Below are positions 50,043 through 58,284 of a stretch of DNA of 64,000 bases, piece by piece; the stretch's first letter is position 1, and the number at the start of each line of letters is the position of its first letter. The stretch is from an uncultured Gammaproteobacteria bacterium (lineage in GTDB: Bacteria; Pseudomonadota; Gammaproteobacteria; CAYNNN01). A program made the translations under genes and the position numbers. The notes beneath the pieces were generated by a model, which was not told where the DNA came from, did not search any database, and saw only the letters and a list, made by a program, of their open reading frames with translations. The stretch is from NCBI GenBank assembly GCA_964398665.1, contig CAYNNN010000002.1, positions 929-64,928 on the forward strand, in the 5' to 3' direction.

Positions 50043-51788
50043 ATGAGTCTTATTCTGGGTCTGAATGCCTTTCACGGCGATGCCTCCGCCTGTCTTGTCC
50101 AGGACGGCGAACTGCTGGCCGCAGCTGAAGAAGAACGTTTTTGCCGTATCAAGCACTGGGCCGGATTCCCCAGCCAGGCGATTCGTTATTGCCTGGCACA
50201 GGCCGGCGTGGAACTGCACCAGATCGATCACATTGCCCAAAACAGCGATCCGGGCGTGCATTGGCCGCGCAAGCTCGCCTACGCCCTGCTGCGACGGCCC
50301 AGCCTGGGCCTGCTGCGCGACCGCCTGCGCAATCGTCAGCAGCGGGCCAGCCTGCCTGCCCTGTTTGCCCGGCATTTTCCCGATCAAACGGTCCGGGCCC
50401 AGTGGCATACGGTAGAGCATCATTATGCCCACCTGGCCTCGGCCTTTCTGGTCTCACCCTTTCGGGAAGCCGTGGTCGTCTCGGTAGATGGCTTTGGTGA
50501 TTTTGCCAGCGCAGCCTGGGGCGTCGGACACGGTAATGATCTGCGCCTGGACGGCCAGGTTTATTTTCCGCACTCCCTGGGAATGTTTTATCAGGCCCTG
50601 ACCCAGTACCTGGGTTTTCCCAATTATGGCGATGAATACAAAGTGATGGGCTTTGCACCCTATGGCCAGCCCCGTCACGTCGCGGCCCTGCGCCAGGTGC
50701 TGCGCTTATTGCCAGACGGCAGCTTTCGGCTCAATCTGCGTTATTTCCGTCATGGCCGTGAGCAGGTTCCCTATCGCTGGGAAGATGGCAGTCCTCAGGT
50801 CGGAACCTTGTATACCCCGGCGCTGGAACAACTGCTGGGGCCTGCCCGGCAGCCGGGTACTCCATTGACGGAACGCCATCAGGATCTGGCGCATTCCGTA
50901 CAGGCGGTCTACGAAGAAGCCCTGTTTCACCTGCTACGTGCCCTGCACCGACGTTACGGCCTCGACGCCGTGGCGCTGGCGGGTGGCTGTGCCATGAATT
51001 CGGTCGCCAACGGCAAAATCACCGTGCAGACACCCTTTCGCCAGGTCTATGTCCAGGCTGCTGCCGGGGACGCCGGGGGGGCCTTGGGCGCTGCTTATGC
51101 CGTGGCACAACGCCTGGGCGAGGCCGCCCGATTTTATCTCGAACACGCCTATTGGGGACCAGCGGCAGACAGCGAGGCCATCGCGGCCTTGCTTGCGGAT
51201 CAGACTGCGGCCTTGCAGGCTGCCGGTTGTTACTGGGTCCAGCTACCAGAGGCCGATCTGGTGGCTCATACCGCGCAAGCCCTGGTACAAGGCAAGGTCG
51301 TCGGCTGGTTTCAAGGTCGCATGGAATGGGGGCCCCGCTCCTTGGGCGCACGTTCGATTCTGGCTGACCCACGCCGCAGCGACATGAAGGACATTCTCAA
51401 TCACAAGATCAAGCGCCGGGAGTCATTTCGGCCCTTTGCCCCGGCCATCCTGCGCGAAGCGACAGCTGAGTGGTTTGAACTGGATCTGCCGGTACCGTTC
51501 ATGAGCCAGGTCTTGACAGTGCGGCCCGAAAAACGCGCATTGATCCCGGCAGTCACCCACGTGGATGGCAGTGGCCGGCTACAAACGGTCGAACGATTGA
51601 GCAATCCGCGCTACCATGAGCTTATCCGGCAATTTGGCACGCTCACCGGGGTACCCATTTTGCTTAATACCTCGTTTAACGAAAATGAGCCGGTCGTCTG
51701 TCGGCCTCAGGAGGCCCTGGACTGTTTTTTACGCACCCAGATGGACGTGCTGGTTCTGGGTGATTGGTTGATTCGGCGGGGCACCTGA
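50043..51788 (+). CDS. Carbamoyltransferase (NodU/CmcH family)
   Basis: N-terminal ILGLNAFHGDASACLVQDGELLAAAEEERFCRIKH (YgjD/Kae1-like fold of NodU) and C-terminal carbamoyltransferase domain. 581 aa. Confidence 0.85.
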   Translation: MSLILGLNAFHGDASACLVQDGELLAAAEEERFCRIKHWAGFPSQAIRYCLAQAGVELHQIDHIAQNSDPGVHWPRKLAYALLRRPSLGLLRDRLRNRQQRASLPALFARHFPDQTVRAQWHTVEHHYAHLASAFLVSPFREAVVVSVDGFGDFASAAWGVGHGNDLRLDGQVYFPHSLGMFYQALTQYLGFPNYGDEYKVMGFAPYGQPRHVAALRQVLRLLPDGSFRLNLRYFRHGREQVPYRWEDGSPQVGTLYTPALEQLLGPARQPGTPLTERHQDLAHSVQAVYEEALFHLLRALHRRYGLDAVALAGGCAMNSVANGKITVQTPFRQVYVQAAAGDAGGALGAAYAVAQRLGEAARFYLEHAYWGPAADSEAIAALLADQTAALQAAGCYWVQLPEADLVAHTAQALVQGKVVGWFQGRMEWGPRSLGARSILADPRRSDMKDILNHKIKRRESFRPFAPAILREATAEWFELDLPVPFMSQVLTVRPEKRALIPAVTHVDGSGRLQTVERLSNPRYHELIRQFGTLTGVPILLNTSFNENEPVVCRPQEALDCFLRTQMDVLVLGDWLIRRGT

Positions 51789-51827
51789 TCCCGGGTGCTT
51801 GAAATCAGAGAGTTGCTGGAGATCATC

Positions 51828-52178
51828 ATGTGGCATAAAGCGTTAATGGGTTTGAGTCTGATTCTGGGCGTCAGCTTTGCCGCCCCGGCCACAGCCGGCT
51901 GGCCCGGCATTTACTGGTGGCAGAAGGAAGTCGGTGGCTCGGTACGCGCCTGCGTATCACGGGCCAAAAGCGTCTATGACGAAGAGGGCTTTTACGATAT
52001 CAAGGTCGATAGTCATGAGACCAGCGATGTCGGTTCGGTCTGGGCACATACCGATAACGAAGCTTCCTACATCATCTGCCGCAAGACGGACAGTGGCGTG
52101 GTTGCCACCGTGGTGGTCAGCGGTGACAATAACAAAAATATCAAGCGCTACCGCGACCTGCTCCGCGACGCGATGTAG
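51828..52178 (+). CDS. Small secreted hypothetical protein (116 aa). By eye it looks less GC-rich than its neighbours.
   Basis: Signal peptide (LMGLSLILGVSFAAPATA). Its stop abuts the GTG start of the next gene. No recognisable family. Confidence 0.4.
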   Translation: MWHKALMGLSLILGVSFAAPATAGWPGIYWWQKEVGGSVRACVSRAKSVYDEEGFYDIKVDSHETSDVGSVWAHTDNEASYIICRKTDSGVVATVVVSGDNNKNIKRYRDLLRDAM

Positions 52179-52802
52179 GTGTTTTGCCTGACGGTACGCC
52201 TTGTGCTCAGTCTGGGTGTGGCCAGCCTGCTGGGCGCAGGCTGGCTGCTGGCTGTACCTCAAGCGCTGGCGCGTGGCTGCCTGTTGCTGGAAACACTGGG
52301 TAATACCGGGGTCTGCGTAGCCTTGGCAGCACCGCTGCTGGCCAAGGCCCAGCCTGCCCGCCCCGCTGACGTGATCGTCATTCTGGGCCGTGATGGCCGG
52401 GAACGCATGAATCTGGGCGCAGAACTCTACCTGGCCGGCTTTGCGCCCCGGATCGTGCTGTTCAATTCCAGCCTGCACTATCTGCCCCATGCAGCGCAGC
52501 TGCGCCCGGCCTTGCTGCAAGTGGATGGCCCCCGTGATACCTGGGCTGAAGCCCGGCATACGGCCCGACTGGCCCGTCAGTACGGCTGGCACCGGATTCT
52601 GGTCATCTCCGACCCACCCCACCTGCGCCGGGTGCATTGGCTGTTCAAAAAAGAGTGTGCAGACAAAGCTGAGCTGGTTCTGGTCGCCACCCGGCCAACC
52701 TGGTGGCAGTGGCCGTCCTGGTGGCACTCGCAGTACGGTGCCGGTTATGTCCAGCATGAACTCGCCAGCCTGCTGTATCACCAGTTCCGGGTCGGCGGAT
52801 GA
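52179..52802 (+). CDS. DUF218 (YdcF/ElyC-family) protein
   Basis: ADVIVILGRDGRERMNLGAELYLAGFAPRIVL ... ILVISDPPHLRRV matches the DUF218 core. GTG start immediately after the upstream stop, and ATGA overlap with the next gene. Confidence 0.65.
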   Translation: MFCLTVRLVLSLGVASLLGAGWLLAVPQALARGCLLLETLGNTGVCVALAAPLLAKAQPARPADVIVILGRDGRERMNLGAELYLAGFAPRIVLFNSSLHYLPHAAQLRPALLQVDGPRDTWAEARHTARLARQYGWHRILVISDPPHLRRVHWLFKKECADKAELVLVATRPTWWQWPSWWHSQYGAGYVQHELASLLYHQFRVGG

Positions 52803-54004
52803 AACTGATTTTTATCAATCGGTACTTTTACCCCGACACCGCCCCGACCAGCCAACTCCTGGCTGACTTGGCCTTTGCGCTGGCGGCGCACGGTCATGAA
52901 GTCACCGTGCTGACCAGCCGTCAGCTTTATACCAATTCCCAGGCCCGGCTACCAACACAAGAAGCCATCGCCGGCGTTCAGATACGCCGAGTCTGGAGCA
53001 GCCGCTTTGGCCGTGCCGGACTCCTAGGCCGTGCCGGGGATTATCTGACTTTTTATTTCAGCATCACGCTCGCGCTGCTCCGTATCGCCCGACCCGGCCT
53101 GTTGGTGATTCCCAAAACCGACCCCCCCCTAATGGGCGTGCTGGCGGCCTGGATCTGTCGCCTGCGTGGAGCTACTTGCCTGCATTGGTTACAGGATATC
53201 TTCCCCGAGATTGCCGAAGCGCTGGGCTTGCGGCTAGGATTTTGGGGCCGCTGGCTGGCCGCCCGGCGCGATGCTTCGCTCAAGCACAGCCTGGGCGCAG
53301 TGGTGATTGGGCAGGATATGCTGGCTCGCCTGCAAGCCCGAGGCATTAGGGCGGATAAACTCCATGTGATTCCCAACTGGGCCGACGCCACAGCCCTGCA
53401 ACCACAATCCGGCCCCCACCCACAACGCACGGCCTGGGGCTGGGAGACCCGACTGGTGGTGGGTTATGCCGGCAACCTGGGCCGTGCCCATGAGCTGGAT
53501 ACCCTGATCACAGCCCTGATAGCCCTGGCTGATGACCCTCGCATCGGCTTTGTCTTCAGCGGGGGCGGGGCCGGCTGGCAACGATTGCGCCGTCTGCAAG
53601 CGCAGCACGGCTGGACACATGTGCGGTTTCTCCCCTATCAGCCTCTGGAAAAGCTGGCGGCTTTGCTGAGCCTCAGCGATGTCCACTTAGTGAGCTTGCG
53701 CGCCGGGCTGGAAGGCTGGCTGGTGCCGAGCAAGTTTTACGCCAGCCTGGCCGTGGCCCGACCCGTCCTCTATCTGGGACCTGCCAACAGCGAGGTAGCC
53801 CAACAAGTACTTACCTACCATTGTGGGTGGCAGGTCACACCCGGCCAGTCCGAAGCGCTGTTACACTGCCTGCGCCAGCTGGACCAGGCGACCTGTCAGG
53901 CAGCGGGACAGCGGGGCCGGGCCGCCCTGCTGTCCCACTGGGACAAGCCGCACGCCCTGGCGCGCTGGCAACATTTATTGGCACAACTGGAGCAAACCGC
54001 ATGA
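52799..54004 (+). CDS. Glycosyltransferase family 4 (GT-B, group 1)
   Basis: KLIFINRYFYPDTAPTSQLLADLAFALAAHGHEVTVLT is a GT4 N-domain. C-domain has the EX7E-like region (GWLVPSKFYASLAVARPVLYLG). Confidence 0.8.
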   Translation: MKLIFINRYFYPDTAPTSQLLADLAFALAAHGHEVTVLTSRQLYTNSQARLPTQEAIAGVQIRRVWSSRFGRAGLLGRAGDYLTFYFSITLALLRIARPGLLVIPKTDPPLMGVLAAWICRLRGATCLHWLQDIFPEIAEALGLRLGFWGRWLAARRDASLKHSLGAVVIGQDMLARLQARGIRADKLHVIPNWADATALQPQSGPHPQRTAWGWETRLVVGYAGNLGRAHELDTLITALIALADDPRIGFVFSGGGAGWQRLRRLQAQHGWTHVRFLPYQPLEKLAALLSLSDVHLVSLRAGLEGWLVPSKFYASLAVARPVLYLGPANSEVAQQVLTYHCGWQVTPGQSEALLHCLRQLDQATCQAAGQRGRAALLSHWDKPHALARWQHLLAQLEQTA

Positions 54005-55077
54005 CCCTGGACATCAGTCTCAATTTCTGGATCGCCCTGGGCCTGAGCGGCTTCTTTTGCCTGGCCCTGCAACCCCTGGCCCTGCATTGGGGCCTCGTGG
54101 ACGAACCGGATGCGCGCAAACGTCACCACGGCCCTGTACCGCTGGTCGGTGGCCTGGCGATGGTGTTGGCGCTGTTCTTTGCCCTGATGCTCACTGACCT
54201 GCCCTTGACCCCCTGGCGGCCCCTGTTTGTGGGCATCGCCATCCTGCTGCTGGTAGGATTATTCGACGATGCCCATGAACTGCACCCGCGTAACCGGCTC
54301 CTGGCCCAGATCGGCGCAGCTCTGCTGATGGTGTTCTGGGGTCAGGTGTACCTGACGGATTTGGGTGATTTAGGGGGCATGGGGCATCTGGAACTGGGCT
54401 GGCTGACAGTGCCCGTGACGGTATTTGCGGTTGTCGGGGTCATCAATGCGGTCAACCTGAGCGATGGCATGGATGGTCTGGCCGGCAGTCTGGCCCTGAT
54501 CAGCCTGGGCAGCCTGGCGGTGGTCGCAAGGGATGCCGGACAGACTGCGCCCCTGACCCTGTTACTGTTGTTTGGCGCCGTGATCCTGGGCTTTCTGGCC
54601 CTTAATTTGCGCAGTCCCTGGCTGGCGCGAGCACAGATATTCATGGGCGACGGTGGGAGCCTGATGTTGGGGTTTGTCATTGCCTGGTTTGCAGTCGCGC
54701 TGACGCAGGGCGAACAGCGGGTCCTAGCGCCCGTGACCGTCTTATGGCTCTGTGCCATCCCGTTGTTTGATACGGTAGCCAGCCTGTTGCGCCGGGCATT
54801 GAACCGGCGGGCGCTGATGCAGCCGGATCGGGGCCATTTTCATCATATCCTGCTGGCTGCCGGGCTTACGGTGCCCCAAACTTGGGGCGTCATGGTCAGC
54901 CTGGCCCTGCTCTGCGCCCTGTTTGGCCTGCAGGGCCATTATGCCCACTGGCCGGAACCCGTGATGTTTGGACTATTTTTGGCTGTATTTGCGCTATTTT
55001 TTGCCATCGTCCGCCGGGCCTGGCGAGTCAAATGCCTGCTGGGCCGGGTCCTGGCCCACGGTGATGGCCATGATTGA
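54001..55077 (+). CDS. Polyprenol-phosphate sugar-1-phosphate transferase (WecA/MraY superfamily, GT family 4 polytopic)
   Basis: Ten or more TM helices, LVDEPDARKRHHGPVPLVGG, NAVNLSDGMDGLAG (DDxxD-like) and a cytoplasmic HHILL motif region. ATGA overlap with the GT4 gene. Start trimmed to 54001. Confidence 0.8.
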   Translation: MTLDISLNFWIALGLSGFFCLALQPLALHWGLVDEPDARKRHHGPVPLVGGLAMVLALFFALMLTDLPLTPWRPLFVGIAILLLVGLFDDAHELHPRNRLLAQIGAALLMVFWGQVYLTDLGDLGGMGHLELGWLTVPVTVFAVVGVINAVNLSDGMDGLAGSLALISLGSLAVVARDAGQTAPLTLLLLFGAVILGFLALNLRSPWLARAQIFMGDGGSLMLGFVIAWFAVALTQGEQRVLAPVTVLWLCAIPLFDTVASLLRRALNRRALMQPDRGHFHHILLAAGLTVPQTWGVMVSLALLCALFGLQGHYAHWPEPVMFGLFLAVFALFFAIVRRAWRVKCLLGRVLAHGDGHD

Positions 55078-55432
55078 GCGTTTCCAGATCCGGGTGCGCG
55101 GCCATTGCATGATGCCAGTGCTGGCCGAAGGTGCCGAGGTCACCGCTGAACGGCGGGCCTGCTATTGGCCGGGTGATATTCTGGTTATCTGGACATCCGC
55201 CCATCAGCTGCGCGTCCATCGCCTGATCGCCACCTATCCCCACCCGACAGGCTGGCGCTGGATGACTCAGGCTGACGCCGCCATCCGGCCTGATGCGGCC
55301 GTCACCCACACCCAGATTCTGGGCCGGGTTCAAGGCGTACGGGTGCCCTGGCAGTGGCGCCTGTGGGCAACGGGTCGGGGCGGGTTAGCCGTGCTGCGGC
55401 GCCTACGGGCCAAGTGGCAACCGGCCCGATGA
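55064..55432 (+). CDS. S24/S26 (signal-peptidase/LexA-like) fold protein in which the nucleophile Ser of the G-x-S-M-x-P-T-L motif is replaced by Cys (GHCMMPVL)
   Basis: RVRGHCMMPVLAEGAEVTAERRACYWPGDILVIW aligns with the SPase/LexA 'GDSMxPTL ... GD.l.v' box. ATG overlaps the wecA-like stop. 120-123 aa. Confidence 0.45.
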   Translation: MAMIERFQIRVRGHCMMPVLAEGAEVTAERRACYWPGDILVIWTSAHQLRVHRLIATYPHPTGWRWMTQADAAIRPDAAVTHTQILGRVQGVRVPWQWRLWATGRGGLAVLRRLRAKWQPAR

Positions 55433-56340
55433 ATTTTGGCACGCAATTTCTGACCTGTCCGGATTTATTCCCGGCCCGACTGGCAGGAGAAAGCTGGGGG
55501 ATGGCGCGCTGTCATCTCCATCTCGCTGGCTCAACTTACGCCCTCACTGGCCTGAGTACTGCCCAACACGCCGCCCTGCAGACCCGCTTTGGCGCACTGT
55601 GCCTGGAGGCCGATACACCGGCAGTAGCCGAGCTACGGGTATATCGCGCTGATCCTGAAGATTTCTTAGGCATCCCTTATCCCGGCTGGCCCTACAGCCT
55701 GGATAGCCGCTGGCAGCCGCAGGCGGTAGAAATGGCCGGTCTGGGTCTGATGGCCCGCCTGGAGCTGGCGCCCGCCTGGCGCGGGGGCCTGTGGGTAGCC
55801 CAGGCAGATGGGCAATTGATCACCGATGGTACGCTGGAAAACGTCTTGCGGGTGCTGGTTGCCTACCGCCTGCTGGCTCAAGGTGGCCTATTGCTGCATA
55901 GCGCCGGAGTGGTGCGCCACGGTCAGGCCCTGGTGTTCTTCGGCCAGTCCGGCGCCGGGAAAAGTACCATTTCTCGCCTGAGCTTAAGCACTGGGCACAC
56001 GGTGCTCAGCGATGACATGAACGCCCTGGTCTGGCGTGACGACCGGTTCTGGGTGGAAAAACTGCCATTTGCCGGCGATCTGGGCCAAAATGCCACGGAT
56101 GCAGGCTGTTATCCCCTGCACGGCCTGTACCGGCTCATCCAGGCGCCCACACCGGCCTTGCGCGGGCTGACGCCTGCCCAAGCGGGCGCCAGGCTCCTGG
56201 CCTGTGCACCCTATGTCAACCAGAATCCGCACCAGCTCGACGCGCTGCTCACCGGGATTAACCGGATAATCAGCGTGGTAACGGTGTCGGAACTGGAATT
56301 TGCCCTAAACTCGCATTTCTGGGGTCTTTTTGAGGCTTGA
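55429..56340 (+). CDS. HprK-related kinase (HPr kinase/phosphorylase C-terminal-domain homolog) of the PqqD/rSAM-associated type
   Basis: P-loop LLHSAGVVRHGQALVFFGQSGAGKSTIS is HprK-like. ATGA overlap with the upstream gene. Followed by PqqD and rSAM/SPASM genes. Confidence 0.6.
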   Translation: MNFGTQFLTCPDLFPARLAGESWGMARCHLHLAGSTYALTGLSTAQHAALQTRFGALCLEADTPAVAELRVYRADPEDFLGIPYPGWPYSLDSRWQPQAVEMAGLGLMARLELAPAWRGGLWVAQADGQLITDGTLENVLRVLVAYRLLAQGGLLLHSAGVVRHGQALVFFGQSGAGKSTISRLSLSTGHTVLSDDMNALVWRDDRFWVEKLPFAGDLGQNATDAGCYPLHGLYRLIQAPTPALRGLTPAQAGARLLACAPYVNQNPHQLDALLTGINRIISVVTVSELEFALNSHFWGLFEA

Positions 56341-56341
56341 C

Positions 56342-56605
56342 ATGCACTATCACACCGTTTCCAGCGTGCGTTACCGCAAATTGCTGGATGAGGGGCTGGT
56401 CATTCAACAGGCGCGGGGTGAAGTCCTGGCCCTGAATGCGACCGGCTTGCGGGTGCTGGAACTGCTGGATGCCGGGCTGGCGCTAGAGGCAGTTGCAACC
56501 CAATTGGCCACCGAGTTTGCCATCACGCCCGCCGCTGCGCACACCGATGTGCAAGCTTACGTCGCAGAATTACAGGCCGCAGGCGTGCTGGCACCCGTGA
56601 CATGA
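56342..56605 (+). CDS. PqqD-family protein (RiPP recognition element / peptide chaperone)
   Basis: ~88 aa. The 'LVIQQARGEVLALNATGLRVLELLDAGLALEAVATQLATEF' pattern is typical of PqqD/RRE. Stop overlaps the rSAM start. Confidence 0.6.
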   Translation: MHYHTVSSVRYRKLLDEGLVIQQARGEVLALNATGLRVLELLDAGLALEAVATQLATEFAITPAAAHTDVQAYVAELQAAGVLAPVT

Positions 56606-57648
56606 GTGCGTTCCAGGCAGCCACAGCCAGGGCCTGGGAACAGAATGTCCTGCTCAACGTGTTGCTGGAACTGACCTATCGCTGCAACCTCGACTGTTTT
56701 TTTTGCTATAACGACTTGAATCAGCAAGGCCAGCCGCTTAGCCTGACACAATATCTGCGTCTGTTCGATGATCTGCAAGCCCTGGGTACCCTGAACCTGA
56801 CCCTTTCCGGTGGTGAACCGCTGGCGCACAAGGATTTTTTTGCCCTCGGCGCCGCAGCACGCGCACGGGGTTTCGTGATCCGGGTCAAATCCAACGGCCA
56901 TGCCCTGACCGGCAAGCTGGCCCGGCGTCTGCAAGCCGAAGTAGACCCGTTCATCATTGAGATCAGCCTGCACGGTGCCACTGCTGCGACCCACGATCGA
57001 CAAACCCGGGTTTTGGGCAGTTTTGCCCAACTCCAGCGCAACTTGCAGGAATTACGTGCCTTGGGGCTACGGGTCAAGCTCAATGCCCCGGTCACGCGCT
57101 GGAACGAGGGCGAGCTGCCCGAGATGTACGCGCTGGCGGATACATTGGGCCTGCGGATCGAATTTGATCCGCAGATTACCCTGCGGGATGACGGTGATTC
57201 TGAACCGCTGAGCATCAGTCCCAGCGCAGCCGGGGTCGCTCGGCTACACGCCCTGCACGCCGCACGTGCAGCTACAGCCGCGCCAGCCGCACCGTCGGCA
57301 CCAACGGTCAGCAAGCACTGCGGGGCCGGGTCTGCCGTCGTGGCAGTGGACCCTTACGGGAATGTGTACCCGTGTGTGCAATGGCGCCGCCGGGTGGGCA
57401 ATCTGCATCAGCAATCCATCCGGGACATCTGGCTGGGGCCTGACAGTGGCCTAGGCGAAATTCGCGCTCAAAATCAGGCGGTCAAACAGATGCTGGCCCA
57501 GCTGGGCCAGCCAACCCTGGCCTTTTGCCCCGGTTCTGCCGAACAGCAGACCGGCAGCCCGACTCAACTCTATCCTGCCGCCCGTCTGGCCTTGCAGGTG
57601 CGTCAGCTCGCCTCATCCCAAGCCTCGCACCCACACCCAGACGCCTAG
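56602..57648 (+). CDS. Radical SAM enzyme with C-terminal SPASM-type auxiliary cluster domain (peptide-modifying maturase class)
   Basis: CNLDCFFC (Cx3Cx2C) at residues ~28-35, GGEP motif, and a C-terminal Cys-rich segment (CGAGSAVVAVDPYGNVYPCVQW ... CPGS). Confidence 0.8.
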   Translation: MSAFQAATARAWEQNVLLNVLLELTYRCNLDCFFCYNDLNQQGQPLSLTQYLRLFDDLQALGTLNLTLSGGEPLAHKDFFALGAAARARGFVIRVKSNGHALTGKLARRLQAEVDPFIIEISLHGATAATHDRQTRVLGSFAQLQRNLQELRALGLRVKLNAPVTRWNEGELPEMYALADTLGLRIEFDPQITLRDDGDSEPLSISPSAAGVARLHALHAARAATAAPAAPSAPTVSKHCGAGSAVVAVDPYGNVYPCVQWRRRVGNLHQQSIRDIWLGPDSGLGEIRAQNQAVKQMLAQLGQPTLAFCPGSAEQQTGSPTQLYPAARLALQVRQLASSQASHPHPDA

Positions 57649-58284
57649 GCCGATGACCAGCAAGCCAGCGGCCCGACGGGCCCAGGGCCGCTGGGCCCAG
57701 GATGCCAGCTGCATCCCGAAAGCACCCAGAGCCAGCAGGGTCGGCAGCGTGCCCAGACCAAAACTGAGCATCAACAGGCCACCTGCCCAGGCACTACCCG
57801 CACTCAAGCTCCAGATCAACATGCTATACACCAGGCCACACGGTAAAAACCCCCAGAGCAGGCCGATCCCAAAAGCGGTCCGGCCATTGCGGATCGGTAA
57901 CCAGGCCCGGCCCAGGGGCTGAATCCGACGCCAAAGCCAGACCCCACCCTGCTCCAGATAACGCAAACCCTGCCACCAGCGACCCAGATACAAGCCCAGC
58001 GCAACCAGAAACAGGGCCGCGAGCAGTTCCAGACTACGCTGGGCCTGATGCAGCCATACAGTTGCTGCCAGCCCCTGCCCGGCTGCCCCAGCCAGGGCAC
58101 CCAAGACGGTGTAAGTGGTCAGGCGTCCGAGGTTATAAGCGCCGTGCAGGAACCAGCGAGTCTGCGGCTGCGCGGGGGCGGCGAAACTGAGCGCCGTGAC
58201 GATGCCGCCACACATGCCCACGCAATGCACTCCGCCGCTCAGGCCCGCCAGCCAGGCGCCCAGGAATAAGGGCCACTCAAACAT
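57613..58284 (-). CDS. DsbD_2 / TauE-SafE-like polytopic membrane protein (HCxxMCGG motif)
   Basis: GGVHCVGMCGG motif and ~6 TM helices. Immediately downstream of mfd on the minus strand. Confidence 0.5.
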   Translation of the reverse strand: MFEWPLFLGAWLAGLSGGVHCVGMCGGIVTALSFAAPAQPQTRWFLHGAYNLGRLTTYTVLGALAGAAGQGLAATVWLHQAQRSLELLAALFLVALGLYLGRWWQGLRYLEQGGVWLWRRIQPLGRAWLPIRNGRTAFGIGLLWGFLPCGLVYSMLIWSLSAGSAWAGGLLMLSFGLGTLPTLLALGAFGMQLASWAQRPWARRAAGLLVIGLGVWVWVRGLG

